A DNA stretch of 64,000 bases from Octopus sinensis (lineage: Eukaryota): assembly GCF_006345805.1 (NCBI RefSeq), contig NC_043014.1, forward strand, positions 55,287,118 to 55,351,117, read 5' to 3'. The notes beneath the pieces are model-generated. The model ran no database searches. It had not been told where the DNA came from and saw only the letters and a list, made by a program, of their open reading frames with translations. A program made the translations under genes and the position numbers. How positions within the stretch are numbered: position 1 is the first letter of the stretch; every line of letters starts with the position of its first letter. Below are positions 52,201-57,629 of this stretch, piece by piece.

Positions 52201-52958
52201 CTGTGTCAACTCACTCCCACCCACTGCTTGACAACCGATGTTGGTTTGTTTACATCCCTGCAACTTAGTGGTTCGGCAAAAGGTACCGATAGAATAAGTA
52301 CGATACACTGCAAAACAAACAAACACAACAAACAAAACAAAACAAAACAAAACAGTTAAGTCTTGGTGTAGACTTGTTTGACTAAAACCCCTTCAAGGCT
52401 GTGCCCCAGCATGGCCACAGTCCAACGACTAAATCAAGAAGATAAACAATAAAACCTTTTTCCGAACCAGTGACCCCTGTTGGGCCCTTTATTGATCTTA
52501 ACCCTTGTTGTTATTTTTGTTATTTTGCATTTTCTCTCTTTACCTTGTCCTCCTTCCCTCACACTTTGACGTTGCTTTTGTTTGCAGATATTGCACCTGG
52601 TGACCTTTCTTTCCTCTTTCCCCCTCTCTCGCTCTCCATGCCATCCCCCCAGCCCCAACCCCAGCCAGCCGCCCCCCAACTGTGGCCATATTACAGCCTA
52701 TAATTAAAAAAAAAAATCTTCGTTATATTATTCAAATTAGATAAGGATTAAGATGTTTGTGAAACGACCAGATTTGTGCAGAATGTCCGCAGCTGTGTGT
52801 TTAATCTTTTTTGTTTATTTGACAGGTCGAGCTATTCGAATGCGATTCGCTGCAAGCTGTGTAAGGAGACGTTTCCCTCGCCGAAGCTTCTCAGCATGCA
52901 CATCTCGACGCAGGGGCACCTGAGGAAAGAGGCAAGCATCTTGGGTGGCGCCATCTGA
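850..52958 (+). CDS. TDRD9: ATP-dependent RNA helicase TDRD9 / spindle-E orthologue (36 traced coding exons; possibly 5'-incomplete)
   Basis: Spliced translation gives GPTGSGKTTQ (motif I), TQPRRIAA (Ia), DE|IH (II), SAT (III), VFLPG (IV), STNIAESSITV (V), QRKGRAGR (VI), an HA2-like region, Tudor YYRA...FFVDYGN, and the TDRD9-type C-terminal region (HGPSNPLE, LMPHIAGLPAL, PEHDMEIEFD). All introns are GT-AG and phases agree except exon 8/9. Summed CDS is 4140 nt using the 12241 donor. Confidence 0.95.
1390..1760 (+). mobile_element. 5'-truncated RTE LINE 3' UTR copy
   Basis: Matches the sequence downstream of the RTE ORF at 47580-48080; (GAT)n tail. Confidence 0.8.
2085..2460 (+). mobile_element. 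tRNA-derived SINE, family B (diverged)
   Basis: GTGTGGTTAAG A box, GGTTCAATCC B box, CCTGGGCAAG core, GACTAAAA...GGTGCTCCAGC tail. Confidence 0.75.
2565..2786 (+). CDS. TDRD9: TDRD9 exon 2: Walker A GPTGSGKTT and motif Ia
   Basis: acag|ATT ... CAG|GTGAA, 222 nt; IINTVESNQVTVIQGPTGSGKTTQVPQ...CGYQ. Confidence 0.97.
2985..3278 (+). mobile_element. RTE LINE 3' UTR copy
   Basis: GGCGTTAGGAAGGGCATCCAGCTGTAGAAAC ... GTTAAACGATGATGAT. Confidence 0.85.
4515..4637 (+). CDS. TDRD9: TDRD9 exon 3 (VGMDRE...TYMTTGVLLQKL...HVILDE)
   Basis: ttag|GTT ... GAG|GTTTG, 123 nt; motif Ib and first half of motif II. Confidence 0.95.
4680..6080. repeat. About 1.4 kb degenerate (CAC/CAT)n repeat in intron 3
   Basis: Direct reading; source of the poly-H/P/T ORFs in the track. 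Confidence 0.95.
6120..6200 (+). CDS. TDRD9: TDRD9 exon 4 (IHERDQETDF...SRGIR)
   Basis: cacag|ATC ... CGA|GTAAGT, 81 nt; completes DEIH. Confidence 0.95.
7053..7530 (-). mobile_element. RTE LINE 3' UTR copy
   Basis: Starts CATCATCATCATTTAACGTCCGCTTTCCATGC (reverse tail). Confidence 0.8.
7579..7737 (+). CDS. TDRD9: TDRD9 exon 5 (VILMSATL...EDLVPLGT)
   Basis: ttgcag|GTA ... ACT|GTAAGT, 159 nt; motif III SAT. Confidence 0.95.
7865..8095 (+). mobile_element. SINE family C with 15-bp target-site duplication
   Basis: TATATCCAAGTTGGG at 7852-7866 and 8096-8110. Confidence 0.9.
8948..9051 (+). CDS. TDRD9: TDRD9 exon 6 (ISQLDPDNP...FETKEQG)
   Basis: cttag|ATA ... GG|GTAAGT, 104 nt, phase 0/2. Confidence 0.9.
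9240..9570 (+). mobile_element. RTE LINE 3' UTR copy
   Basis: Same 3' UTR sequence and (GAT)n tail. Confidence 0.82.
10417..10621. mobile_element. TTAA-bounded piggyBac-like MITE (family 2)
   Basis: TTAATCCTTTAGC ... GCAAAAGGGTTAA termini; related copies at 12266-12490, 36236-36462 and 62795-63268. Confidence 0.65.
10653..10711 (+). CDS. TDRD9: TDRD9 exon 7 (NDPHSGQQPICGSVLVFLPG)
   Basis: poly-T ag|A ... G|GTAAGC, 59 nt, phase 2/1; motif IV. Confidence 0.92.
11144..11180 (-). ncRNA. 5'-truncated minimal hammerhead-like motif (Penelope-type)
   Basis: Minus strand: (TA)nTGA AGGA caatga TCCT GAA ACACGTGT C cctaga; core start and helix I partner replaced by (TA)n. Confidence 0.55.
11198..11724. 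mobile_element. Inverted-repeat element, probably Penelope-like terminal-repeat derivative
   Basis: 72-bp inverted pair 11198-11269/11555-11626; second pair 11486-11534/11655-11724; internal hammerhead-like motif. Confidence 0.55.
11412..11456 (-). ncRNA. Degenerate minimal hammerhead-like motif
   Basis: Minus strand: cgtacg TTGACAA gagg caaata cctt GAA ACTGCAGT C cgtgcg; helices intact, core has two substitutions. Confidence 0.6.
12181..12241 (+). CDS. TDRD9: TDRD9 exon 8 (GLADIDKLYDKLRTLPGQH...), 3' end uncertain (12237 vs 12241)
   Basis: tttttag|GG acceptor. The consensus donor G|GTAAGT at 12237 is out of frame with exon 9; the overlapping donor AA|GTTGTC at 12241 is in frame. Confidence 0.75.
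12266..12490. mobile_element. piggyBac-like MITE family 2 (diverged)
   Basis: CCTTTGGCATTCAGATT ... AATGCTAAAGAGTTAA. Confidence 0.6.
12615..12699 (+). CDS. TDRD9: TDRD9 exon 9 (LVVIPLHSSVTIEEQ...PGYRK)
   Basis: gcag|G ... AAG|GTAAGT, 85 nt; PLHS motif IVa. Confidence 0.93.
12710..12880. repeat. (TCC/TCT)n microsatellite
   Basis: Direct reading. Confidence 0.9.
13446..13503 (+). CDS. TDRD9: TDRD9 exon 10 (VILSTNIAESSITVPDIKY)
   Basis: catgag|GTT acceptor, G|GTAAGT donor, 58 nt; motif V. Confidence 0.93.
13975..15024. mobile_element. Element with about 70-bp inverted termini, interrupted by a SINE
   Basis: 13981-14050 is the near reverse complement of 14950-15018; shares the TTAACCCCAGG...CCAGCTGG motif with the elements at 11300 and 32830. 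Confidence 0.55.
14331..14750 (+). mobile_element. SINE family B, full length
   Basis: GGAGTGGCTGTGTGGTAAG head, GGGTTCAGTCCC B box, internal (TA)n/(TG)n, GAAACAAGTAAAAGAG tail. Confidence 0.9.
15287..15391 (+). CDS. TDRD9: TDRD9 exon 11 (IDFCLTK...WASKANCIQRKG)
   Basis: ttgcag|TT ... G|GTAAAG, 105 nt, phase 1/1. Confidence 0.95.
15648..16056 (-). mobile_element. SINE family B, full length
   Basis: Reverse complement of the 14331-14750 consensus. Confidence 0.9.
16090..16370 (+). mobile_element. RTE LINE 3' UTR copy
   Basis: Family sequence plus (GAT)n tail. Confidence 0.8.
16894..16991 (+). CDS. TDRD9: TDRD9 exon 12 (RAGRVSNGRVYRL...PEMQ)
   Basis: ctatag|GC ... CAA|GTAAGT, 98 nt; motif VI. 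Confidence 0.95.
17086..17565. repeat. Minisatellite built from 21-bp and 27-bp subunits
   Basis: GAGGAGTTTTAGCTTAAATGG and GAGGAGTTTTGTTTGAGTGAAGTTGGG in variable order. Confidence 0.9.
17855..17986 (+). CDS. TDRD9: TDRD9 exon 13 (RCPLDLLVL...IERTILELKE)
   Basis: ttccag|AGA ... GAG|GTAAG, 132 nt; winged-helix/HA2 start. Confidence 0.93.
18006..18370 (-). mobile_element. RTE LINE 3' UTR copy
   Basis: Reverse tail CATCATCATCGTTTAATGTCC... Confidence 0.82.
18745..19109 (+). mobile_element. Second RTE-clade LINE family, 3' end of ORF with (CAAGT)n tail
   Basis: Open frame ...LRWLGHALRR...WRKRCGGQRKTWLMTVKADLEP...LASNRQVW...STRPG* ending at 19083. Confidence 0.8.
19236..19398 (+). CDS. TDRD9: TDRD9 exon 14 (IGALAL...DLTYMGRVIASLP...ECLIL)
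   Basis: tgtag|ATT ... G|GTAAGT, 163 nt; HA2 domain. Confidence 0.93.
19665..20443 (+). mobile_element. Two 5'-truncated SINE family B copies (about 19665-20020 and 20145-20443)
   Basis: Both begin at CTTGGGCARGTGTCTTCTACTATAG and end in the family tail. Confidence 0.8.
20706..20769 (+). CDS. TDRD9: TDRD9 exon 15 (AALSLKS...LESY)
   Basis: tgtag|CT ... CA|GTAAGT, 64 nt, phase 1/2. Confidence 0.9.
21497..21560 (+). CDS. TDRD9: TDRD9 exon 16 (RKFSWADASFSDCIAIVNIYK)
   Basis: ccccag|G ... AAG|GTAAGT, 64 nt. Confidence 0.92.
21753..23484. repeat. Tandem array of about 317-bp units, each a TTAACCCTT...AAGGGTTAA MITE plus about 92-bp spacer
   Basis: Unit starts at 21753, 22072, 22391, 22706, 23022 and 23337 (last partial). 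Confidence 0.9.
23621..23722 (+). CDS. TDRD9: TDRD9 exon 17 (VWERNW...FVQIKRIHE)
   Basis: catcag|GTC ... GAG|GTAAG, 102 nt. Confidence 0.9.
23888..24494 (-). mobile_element. RTE LINE 3' fragment including end of ORF
   Basis: Minus-strand RPRKTWDEVVKHDLQTLG...MTSD followed by family 3' UTR and tail. Confidence 0.85.
24763..24882 (+). CDS. TDRD9: TDRD9 exon 18 (LAELIRELEFRL...EKLLFK)
   Basis: tttag|CTT ... AAG|GTTTC, 120 nt. Confidence 0.88.
26270..26810. repeat. (CT)n-rich repeat with recurring CCTTCTCTTTAATATC unit
   Basis: Direct reading; abuts the exon 19 acceptor. Confidence 0.9.
26814..26921 (+). CDS. TDRD9: TDRD9 exon 19 (LIICGAFYPNYF...DPFNTVM)
   Basis: catag|CTG ... ATG|GTCAGT, 108 nt; GAFYPNYF is typical of TDRD9. 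Confidence 0.92.
27128..27425 (-). mobile_element. RTE LINE 3' UTR copy
   Basis: Family sequence, reverse orientation. Confidence 0.82.
27548..27962 (+). mobile_element. Tandem SINE family C dimer (second copy 5'-truncated)
   Basis: GTTCTGAGTTCAAATTCCGCCGAGG occurs at about 27616 and 27800, each followed by the full tail. Confidence 0.85.
28225..28690 (-). mobile_element. RTE LINE 3' UTR copy with exact internal tandem duplication of about 61 bp
   Basis: ATGGTGCTTTTTACGTGCCACTGGCACAGCGACCAGATGAAGCTGGCAACGGCCACATTCAG repeated. Confidence 0.85.
28828..29069 (+). mobile_element. CR1-type LINE 3' end with (TAACT)n tail
   Basis: HLNRRRGAFSVRVADPWNKLP-like end; same family as 57640-58240. Confidence 0.8.
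29154..29257 (+). CDS. TDRD9: TDRD9 exon 20 (INGLPSNQG...EESK)
   Basis: catcag|ATA ... AA|GTAAGT, 104 nt. Confidence 0.88.
29374..29487 (+). CDS. TDRD9: TDRD9 exon 21 (IFIEF...PAVYLALKMK)
   Basis: tgtag|G ... AA|GTAAGT, 114 nt, phase 2/2. Confidence 0.88.
30078..30203 (+). CDS. TDRD9: TDRD9 exon 22 (KTSYRTLEL...LRTNR)
   Basis: tctag|G ... AG|GTCAGT, 126 nt, phase 2/2. Confidence 0.85.
30892..30976 (+). CDS. TDRD9: TDRD9 exon 23 (ITAASATV...EIIVTE)
   Basis: gacag|A ... GAA|GTAAGT, 85 nt. Confidence 0.85.
31638..32040 (-). mobile_element. SINE family B, full length
   Basis: Reverse complement of the family consensus. Confidence 0.88.
32485..32676 (+). mobile_element. Probable non-autonomous Helentron/DINE-like element 3' end
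   Basis: GAATCCATCCAGTGGTTCTTGAGATATC...CGCCTTTGCTAAGGTGGAGGTAA; partial copy at 38370-38468. Class assignment is from memory of such ends. Confidence 0.4.
32772..33330. mobile_element. Penelope-like terminal-repeat derivative with direct and inverted repeats
   Basis: About 140-bp direct repeat (32772 and 33127), about 70-bp inverted pair (33069-33138/33261-33330), hammerhead in between. Confidence 0.6.
32939..32983 (-). ncRNA. Minimal type I hammerhead ribozyme motif
   Basis: Minus strand: tctgtg CTGATGA a ggg aaataa ccc g GAA ATCGCGAT A cacaga; 6-bp helix I, palindromic helix III, AUA cleavage triplet. Confidence 0.75.
33430..33528 (+). CDS. TDRD9: TDRD9 exon 24 (VLECGHFWARY...QDLQ), extended Tudor start
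   Basis: tttag|GTT ... CAG|GTTGGT, 99 nt; GHFW motif. Confidence 0.9.
33729..33839 (+). CDS. TDRD9: TDRD9 exon 25 (PISGNVHVGMICAAPY...YYRAQV...), Tudor core
   Basis: tgtag|CCT ... CAT|GTAAGT, 111 nt. Confidence 0.92.
34554..34643 (+). CDS. TDRD9: TDRD9 exon 26 (VFFVDYGN...IPFQ), Tudor core
   Basis: tttag|GTT ... CAA|GTGAGT, 90 nt; FVDYGN aromatic-cage motif. Confidence 0.95.
34846..34891 (+). ncRNA. Minimal type I hammerhead motif, copy 1
   Basis: gacac CTGATGA a ggctgg aggatata ccagcc GAA ATGT T gtgtt. Confidence 0.7.
35058..35103 (+). ncRNA. Minimal type I hammerhead motif, copy 2
   Basis: gacac CTGATGA a gtctgg agggtaca ccagcc GAA ACGT T gtgtt; palindromic ACGT helix III. Confidence 0.72.
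35187..35309 (+). CDS. TDRD9: TDRD9 exon 27 (AFECYLSEIQPS...IYAQ)
   Basis: ttcag|GCA ... CAG|GTAAG, 123 nt. Confidence 0.92.
35983..36114 (+). CDS. TDRD9: TDRD9 exon 28 (IYSVVGRVLHVEL...EESFLSK)
   Basis: ttgcag|ATT ... AAA|GTAAC, 132 nt. Confidence 0.9.
36236..36462. mobile_element. piggyBac-like MITE family 2
   Basis: TTAACCCTTTAG ... CTAAAGGGTTAA terminal inverted repeats. Confidence 0.75.
36825..37570 (+). mobile_element. Tandemly duplicated CR1/L2-type LINE 3' end (about 36825-37130 and 37198-37570)
   Basis: TRGHIYKVRKQ...FFTLRVAEAWNKLP...FK is a typical CR1-group ORF2 C-terminus; two near-identical copies. Confidence 0.85.
37845..38165 (+). mobile_element. RTE LINE 3' UTR copy
   Basis: Family sequence plus (GAT)n tail. 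Confidence 0.85.
38481..38893 (+). mobile_element. SINE family B, full length
   Basis: Head to tail match to the family consensus. Confidence 0.9.
39330..39632 (+). mobile_element. Non-autonomous Helitron-like (Lep1/DINE-type) element
   Basis: ACTAGCAGTATCGCCCGGCGTTGCTCGG start, ACAGAC...TTTTATATATAAAG end; second copy at 60615-60999. Class inferred from the end motifs. Confidence 0.55.
39925..40059 (+). CDS. TDRD9: TDRD9 exon 29 (KDHEERKRAQ...RCVGK)
   Basis: ttcag|AAA ... AAG|GTCAG, 135 nt, phase 0/0. Confidence 0.82.
42975..43400 (-). mobile_element. RTE LINE 3' UTR copy
   Basis: Family sequence, reverse orientation, ends about 50 bp before exon 30. Confidence 0.85.
43454..43524 (+). CDS. 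TDRD9: TDRD9 exon 30 (IKLHGPSNPLEMSF...)
   Basis: tacag|ATT ... CG|GTAAGT, 71 nt. Confidence 0.92.
44466..44672 (+). CDS. TDRD9: TDRD9 exon 31 (GAKIDSDSVN...LMPHIAGLPALVAMLFTPYCELR)
   Basis: tgcag|A ... AG|GTAAC, 207 nt. Confidence 0.94.
45003..45395 (-). mobile_element. SINE family B
   Basis: Reverse complement of the family consensus. Confidence 0.85.
45675..46000 (-). mobile_element. RTE LINE 3' UTR copy
   Basis: Family sequence, reverse orientation. Confidence 0.82.
46154..46292 (+). CDS. TDRD9: TDRD9 exon 32 (TDKNMTYYTGAICGLG...PEHDMEIEFD...)
   Basis: tgtag|G ... AAG|GTACA, 139 nt. Confidence 0.94.
46597..46712 (+). CDS. TDRD9: TDRD9 exon 33 (INGIRLAIN...ARRKLL)
   Basis: aacag|ATC ... 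GA|GTGAGT, 116 nt. Confidence 0.92.
46853..48081 (+). mobile_element. RTE-clade LINE, 5'-truncated: decayed RT C-terminal ORF plus about 500-bp 3' UTR and (GAT)n tail
   Basis: ...FRYL...IAWAKFREL...MLHGSETW...RRLRWYGHVARM...RGRGRPRKTWDEVV...DRDLWK, with an upstream stop and a frameshift. Confidence 0.92.
48301..48367 (+). CDS. TDRD9: TDRD9 exon 34 (LMQKRREP...PYEWNL)
   Basis: ttccag|T ... TTG|GTGAGT, 67 nt; PYEWN conserved. Confidence 0.92.
48805..49210 (+). mobile_element. RTE LINE 3' UTR copy with long (GAT)n tail
   Basis: Family sequence; about 27 GAT units. Confidence 0.85.
49430..49828 (-). mobile_element. SINE family B, full length
   Basis: Reverse complement of the family consensus. 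Confidence 0.9.
50458..50654 (+). CDS. TDRD9: TDRD9 exon 35 (ISPSDY...LFKLHKGVAL...LKVIARM)
   Basis: accag|ATT ... AT|GTAAGT, 197 nt; read-through stops at 50656-50658. Confidence 0.9.
50683..51305. repeat. About 188-bp tandem repeat (about 3.5 copies) in the last intron
   Basis: CTGTC(A/G)ATGCAATATGAGGGACAGCC at 50690, 50991 and 51179, plus a partial unit. Confidence 0.85.
52826..52958 (+). CDS. TDRD9: TDRD9 terminal exon 36 with C2H2 (C-x2-C-x12-H-x5-H) zinc finger
   Basis: gacag|G acceptor in the phase required by exon 35; SSYSNAIRCKLCKETFPSPKLLSMHISTQGHLRKEASILGGAI*. Confidence 0.82.
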
Positions 52959-53989
52959 AAAATGTTAACCATCTTGTCGGAAGGCGGGGGGGGGTTGGGG
53001 TGCCGCGGGGCAGACTGTGGCTTCTTTCTTTCTTTCTTTCTTTCTTTCTTTCATTCTTCTCTCTCTCTCTCTCCCCCTCCCTCTCTCTCTCTTTCTTTCT
53101 TTCTTTTTTTTCTTCCTCAGTGGTGGAAGGAACTGTTGCATCAGCTCTTCTCAAAATTATACCCTGATGTGTGTATGTATGTGATGTGTGTGTGTGTATA
53201 TAATATATATACACACATACACACGCATACATATACATATATATATACACATATACATACAGACGTATACACACACACACATATATATGTATATATATAT
53301 ATGTTCTTATATATATGTGTGTGTGTGTGTATATATACATACACTAACACACACAAACATACACACTCAAACATATACACACACACACACACGTGCTTTT
53401 TTTTTCTGGCATTTCACACATTTTCCTCCCGTTTTCTTTCATATATTTTAATCACACACAAAACACTTCTCTTCTAAATACAAAAAAGTGGCACCATTCT
53501 AAAACCTTGTCTATATTTCTGTTATTGTTTTATCACTCCAAAGGCTTCCGGCCATGACCATCCCATGTGAGTTCCAATTATATACCCACCCCTCAACCGT
53601 ATTATCCATTATGCTGCTGTTCCTCTGTTTGCTGCGCAGCCTCTGCTCCCCTTGTTTTTTGTCCCTTTTGTGACGGGGGCTGCTGCTAAGATCTCCCTTT
53701 TGGTGCCTTCACAGGATCCTTCATTTCTGTTCAGACTCCCTTAGACAGACGTGGCTTTGGCTGTGTCCGTGAGGAGAAGATTATCCATCAAAAGTCTTTC
53801 ATTTATATTCAGACGCCAGACTTTGTAAGGTAGAAAATGCTTTCCTTCTTTGCTGCTGCTAATCAGTCAGTTTGATTGATTGATAGGAATTTAATTAGTG
53901 GGTGTGGTCCTCAACAGATTTTTGCCTGGCATGGAATGGTTCATCCTTGGATTTATAATACACACGCTTACACACATTGTAATATCTAT

Positions 53990-54010
53990 ATATATATATA
54001 TGGATATATA

Positions 54011-54082
<72 letters not shown>

Positions 54083-54610
54083 GTATATATATATGGATAT
54101 ATATTATATATATATGTATATATATATTATAGTATATATATATATTATATATATGTATATATATTATATGTATATAAATATATGTATTATATATATAAGT
54201 ATATATATATGGATATTATAATATGTATAGGATATATATCTGTAGTATATATAATATGTATATCTATATTATATGTATATATAATATATGTATATATAGA
54301 TATATTGGATATTATATATATATGTATATAATATATATAATAATATATGTATATATATATTATGTTATATGTATATATATATATATGTATATATGTATAT
54401 ATAATATATGTATATATGTATATATATATATGATATAATAATATATGTATATATGTATTATATATATATGTATATATATATAATGATATTATGTTATATG
54501 TATATATGTATATATGTATATATGTATATATGTATATATATAATTATATTATGTATATATATATGATAATATGTGGATATGTATATAGTATAATATATAT
54601 ATGTATATAG

Positions 54611-54641
<31 letters not shown>

Positions 54642-54669
54642 GTATATATATATGTTATATATATATATG

Positions 54670-54700
<31 letters not shown>

Positions 54701-54718
54701 GTATAGATATTATATATG

Positions 54719-54749
<31 letters not shown>

Positions 54750-54893
54750 GTATAATATATATATGATATATATATATGTATATATGTATATATATATATG
54801 TATATATGTATATATATATATAGTATATATGTATATATATATATATGTATATATGTATATATATATATGTATATATATATATATGTATATATG

Positions 54894-54924
<31 letters not shown>

Positions 54925-55059
54925 GTATATATGTATATATGTATATATGTATATATGTATATATGTATATATGTATATATATATATATGTATATATATGT
55001 ATATATATATGTATATATATGTATATTGATATATGTATATATATATATATGTATATATG

Positions 55060-55112
<53 letters not shown>
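53990..55112. repeat. About 1.1 kb (TA)n/(TATG)n microsatellite downstream of the stop codon
   Basis: Direct reading. Confidence 0.95.
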
Positions 55113-55114
<2 letters not shown>

Positions 55115-55805
55115 CCCTCTCTCTCTTTCGTAGAGTCACTGAGCACCTGCACGCACACATACACCCACGGAAGTAACTTTCGCCTACCGCATTCAATGAC
55201 AAAGCCTCGGTCGGCTCGGGGCTATAGCAGAAGACACCTACCCAAAGTGCCTCGCAGTGGGACTGAACCCGAAACCATGTAGCCAGGAAGCAAGCTCCCT
55301 AACCACACAGCCATGCCCGTGCCTACATATACATATACATACGTATATACACACATATATACATATACATACATATATATATATATACACACAGATATTT
55401 GTTTATATATCTCTATATAATGTTGGTCAGTAGACAAATAGGAACTCAGATTGGTATGGGAATGGCAGGATTTGTAGTTTTGGACAAAATATAATTCCTA
55501 ATATTTGGCCCTGTCCTCTTACATTCCGAGTTCAAATCTCACCTAGACTCACTTTAGACCTTTCATCCTTTTGACATTACCAAAAAAAAAAAAAAAGAAG
55601 AAAAACATGTAATTAAGCATACAAAAATATATATGTAAATACAGCCCCCAGATAATGAGGGTGGGTAAACGGTTGATACAGTGACTCGGGTACCCTTGAC
55701 TCGTGTACTGTTCCAGCATGGTCGTGATCCGATGACTGAAACCTGTTAAAGAATATACAGCACCAGTTGGTGTTTCATTGATTGTATGAAATAATTGTAT
55801 TTTTT

Positions 55806-55811
55806 AATAAA
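55806..55811 (+). promoter_or_regulatory. Candidate TDRD9 polyadenylation signal
   Basis: AATAAA followed by a GT/T-rich tract; the motif is common in AT-rich DNA, so support is weak. Confidence 0.25.
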
Positions 55812-56505
55812 ACATCAAGAATTGGATTTGTTTTTGTCAAACTGTTTTTAAAAGAATGCTTTTCCCCACCCTATCCACCCCTCAACTTGAACCATGTACC
55901 CCATCACGAGAGCAGCCTGGTCTGTATCTGGATGGAGATGTAGGCCTTTGGGGTTTTCTTTCCAGGTCCTGTTTTGTTTTTTCACTCTCAAATAACTAAT
56001 TAAATGGATGAGTAATGATTATTATCATCATCATCATTATTATTATTATTATTAAGGTGGTGCCCCAGCATGGCCGCGGCCTTTGGGCTAAAACATTTTA
56101 AAGGATTTTAAGGATTTAAGGTGGTGTGCTGGCAGAATTGTTAGCGTGCTGGACGAAATACTGAGCGGTATTTCGTCTGCTGTTACCTTTCTGAGTTCAA
56201 ATTCTGCCGAGGTCTACTTTGCCTTTCATCCTTTCGGGGTCGATAAATTAAGTACCAGTTATGCACCGGGGTCGATGTAATCGACTTAATCCGTTTGTCT
56301 GTCCTAGTTTGTCCCCTCTGCTACTAACCCCAAGATTCCGAGTAATAATAATATTGCCTCTTGATTTATAATTTATTCATATAATATATATATATATATA
56401 TATATATAAAGTTAATCCAAACAAGAAAGCACAAAAAAAAAAGCAACAACAACGCGAGGACGTGGAACAAATATAGTATTATTGGACGCTCAGGAAAGAA
56501 GGAGG

Positions 56506-56540
56506 GTTTAACGTTTCGAGCGGAGCTCTTCGTCGGAAAC
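56506..56540 (-). ncRNA. Variant minimal hammerhead-like motif
   Basis: Minus strand: gttt CCGACGA a gagc tcc gctc GAA ACGT T aaac. Confidence 0.55.
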
Positions 56541-56596
56541 AGGAGAAGGAAAGATCCAGAGAAGGGAAGACAGAGGAAAAAAAATCGGCAACGGTA

Positions 56597-56636
<40 letters not shown>

Positions 56637-56733
56637 CGGGAAGCTTTATGAAAATAAACAAAAGACGAAGGCAGGTGGAAAACAAACGAACAATTGTATT
56701 AGTATGGCGCTCAGGAAATATAAATAAAACAAG

Positions 56734-56771
56734 TCTTTAACGTTTCGAGCCTACGCTCTTCAACAGAAAGA
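56734..56771 (-). ncRNA. Variant minimal hammerhead-like motif
   Basis: Minus strand: tcttt CTGTTGA a gagc gtag gctc GAA ACGT T aaaga. Confidence 0.55.
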
Positions 56772-57142
56772 TACATATATATATTAAAATAAAAATTTAA
56801 ATTCTGGTCATAGAGTTAGCAAAGGTTTCGTATTCACGAAAGTCAAAACCTTGTGCACAGCTTGAGAGAGTCTAGGGAAAGATAAAAGAAATTTAAGCTT
56901 TCCACCACGCGGACGTGAGCAAGCGCTCAGATACCGAGATTTGAGACCTGGCGTATACAAGCATTAATGAGGATGGGTTATCTCCCCTGGATCAGAGGAT
57001 AACACAAGACTTTCAGAGCCGAAACGGCCTAAACAGAAAACGGGGAGACCCAGTTTTCCAGTAGGTGGCGCTTGAAGCGGACACATTTAGAGAAAACATC
57101 TTTATGACTATCTAACGCGCCAGGTTTAGTATAGTCCTTAAG

Positions 57143-57530
57143 GAGGCGCAATGGCCCAGTGGTTAGGGCAGCGGACTCGCGGTCATAGGATCGCGGTTTC
57201 GATTCCCAGACCGGGCGTTGTGAGTGTTTATTGAGCGAAAACACCTAAAAGCTCCACGAGGCTCCGGCAGGGGATGTGGTGTGATCCCTGCTGTACTCTT
57301 TCCACCACAACTTTCTTTCACTCTTACTTCCTGTTTCTGTTGTACCTGTATTTCAGAAAGGGGCCAGCCTTGTCACTCTCTGTGTCACGCTGAATATCCC
57401 CGAGAACTACGTTAAGGGTACACGTGTCTGTGGAGTGCTCAGCCACTTACATGTTAATTTCACGAGCAGGCTGTTCCCTTGATTCGGATCAACCGGAACC
57501 CTCATCGTCGTAACCGACGGAGTGCTTCCC
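57143..57530 (+). mobile_element. tRNA-derived SINE, family D, with 14-bp TSD
   Basis: GGCGCAATGGCCCAGTGGTTAG A box, GGTTTCGATTCC B box; ATAGTCCTTAAGGA at 57131 and 57531. Confidence 0.9.
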
Positions 57531-57629
57531 ATAGTCCTTAAGGATTTTGGGTATCTCCGCGATGCCGGTTTTGCAATGGACACTCCTGTTAATCAATGGG
57601 CCTGAATGAAACTTTAAATATTTTGCTTT

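Noticed and set aside
53876-55282. Poly-IY/YI ORFs
   Set aside because: (TA)n/(TATG)n microsatellite translations
56965-57040. Additional hammerhead-like match (TTAATGAGG...CCGAAACGGCCTA)
   Set aside because: Core has two mismatches and neither helix I nor helix III pairs convincingly
57143-57215. tRNA gene candidate
   Set aside because: The tRNA-like head continues into a 390-bp SINE body with tail and TSD; no CCA-arm closure or poly-T terminator
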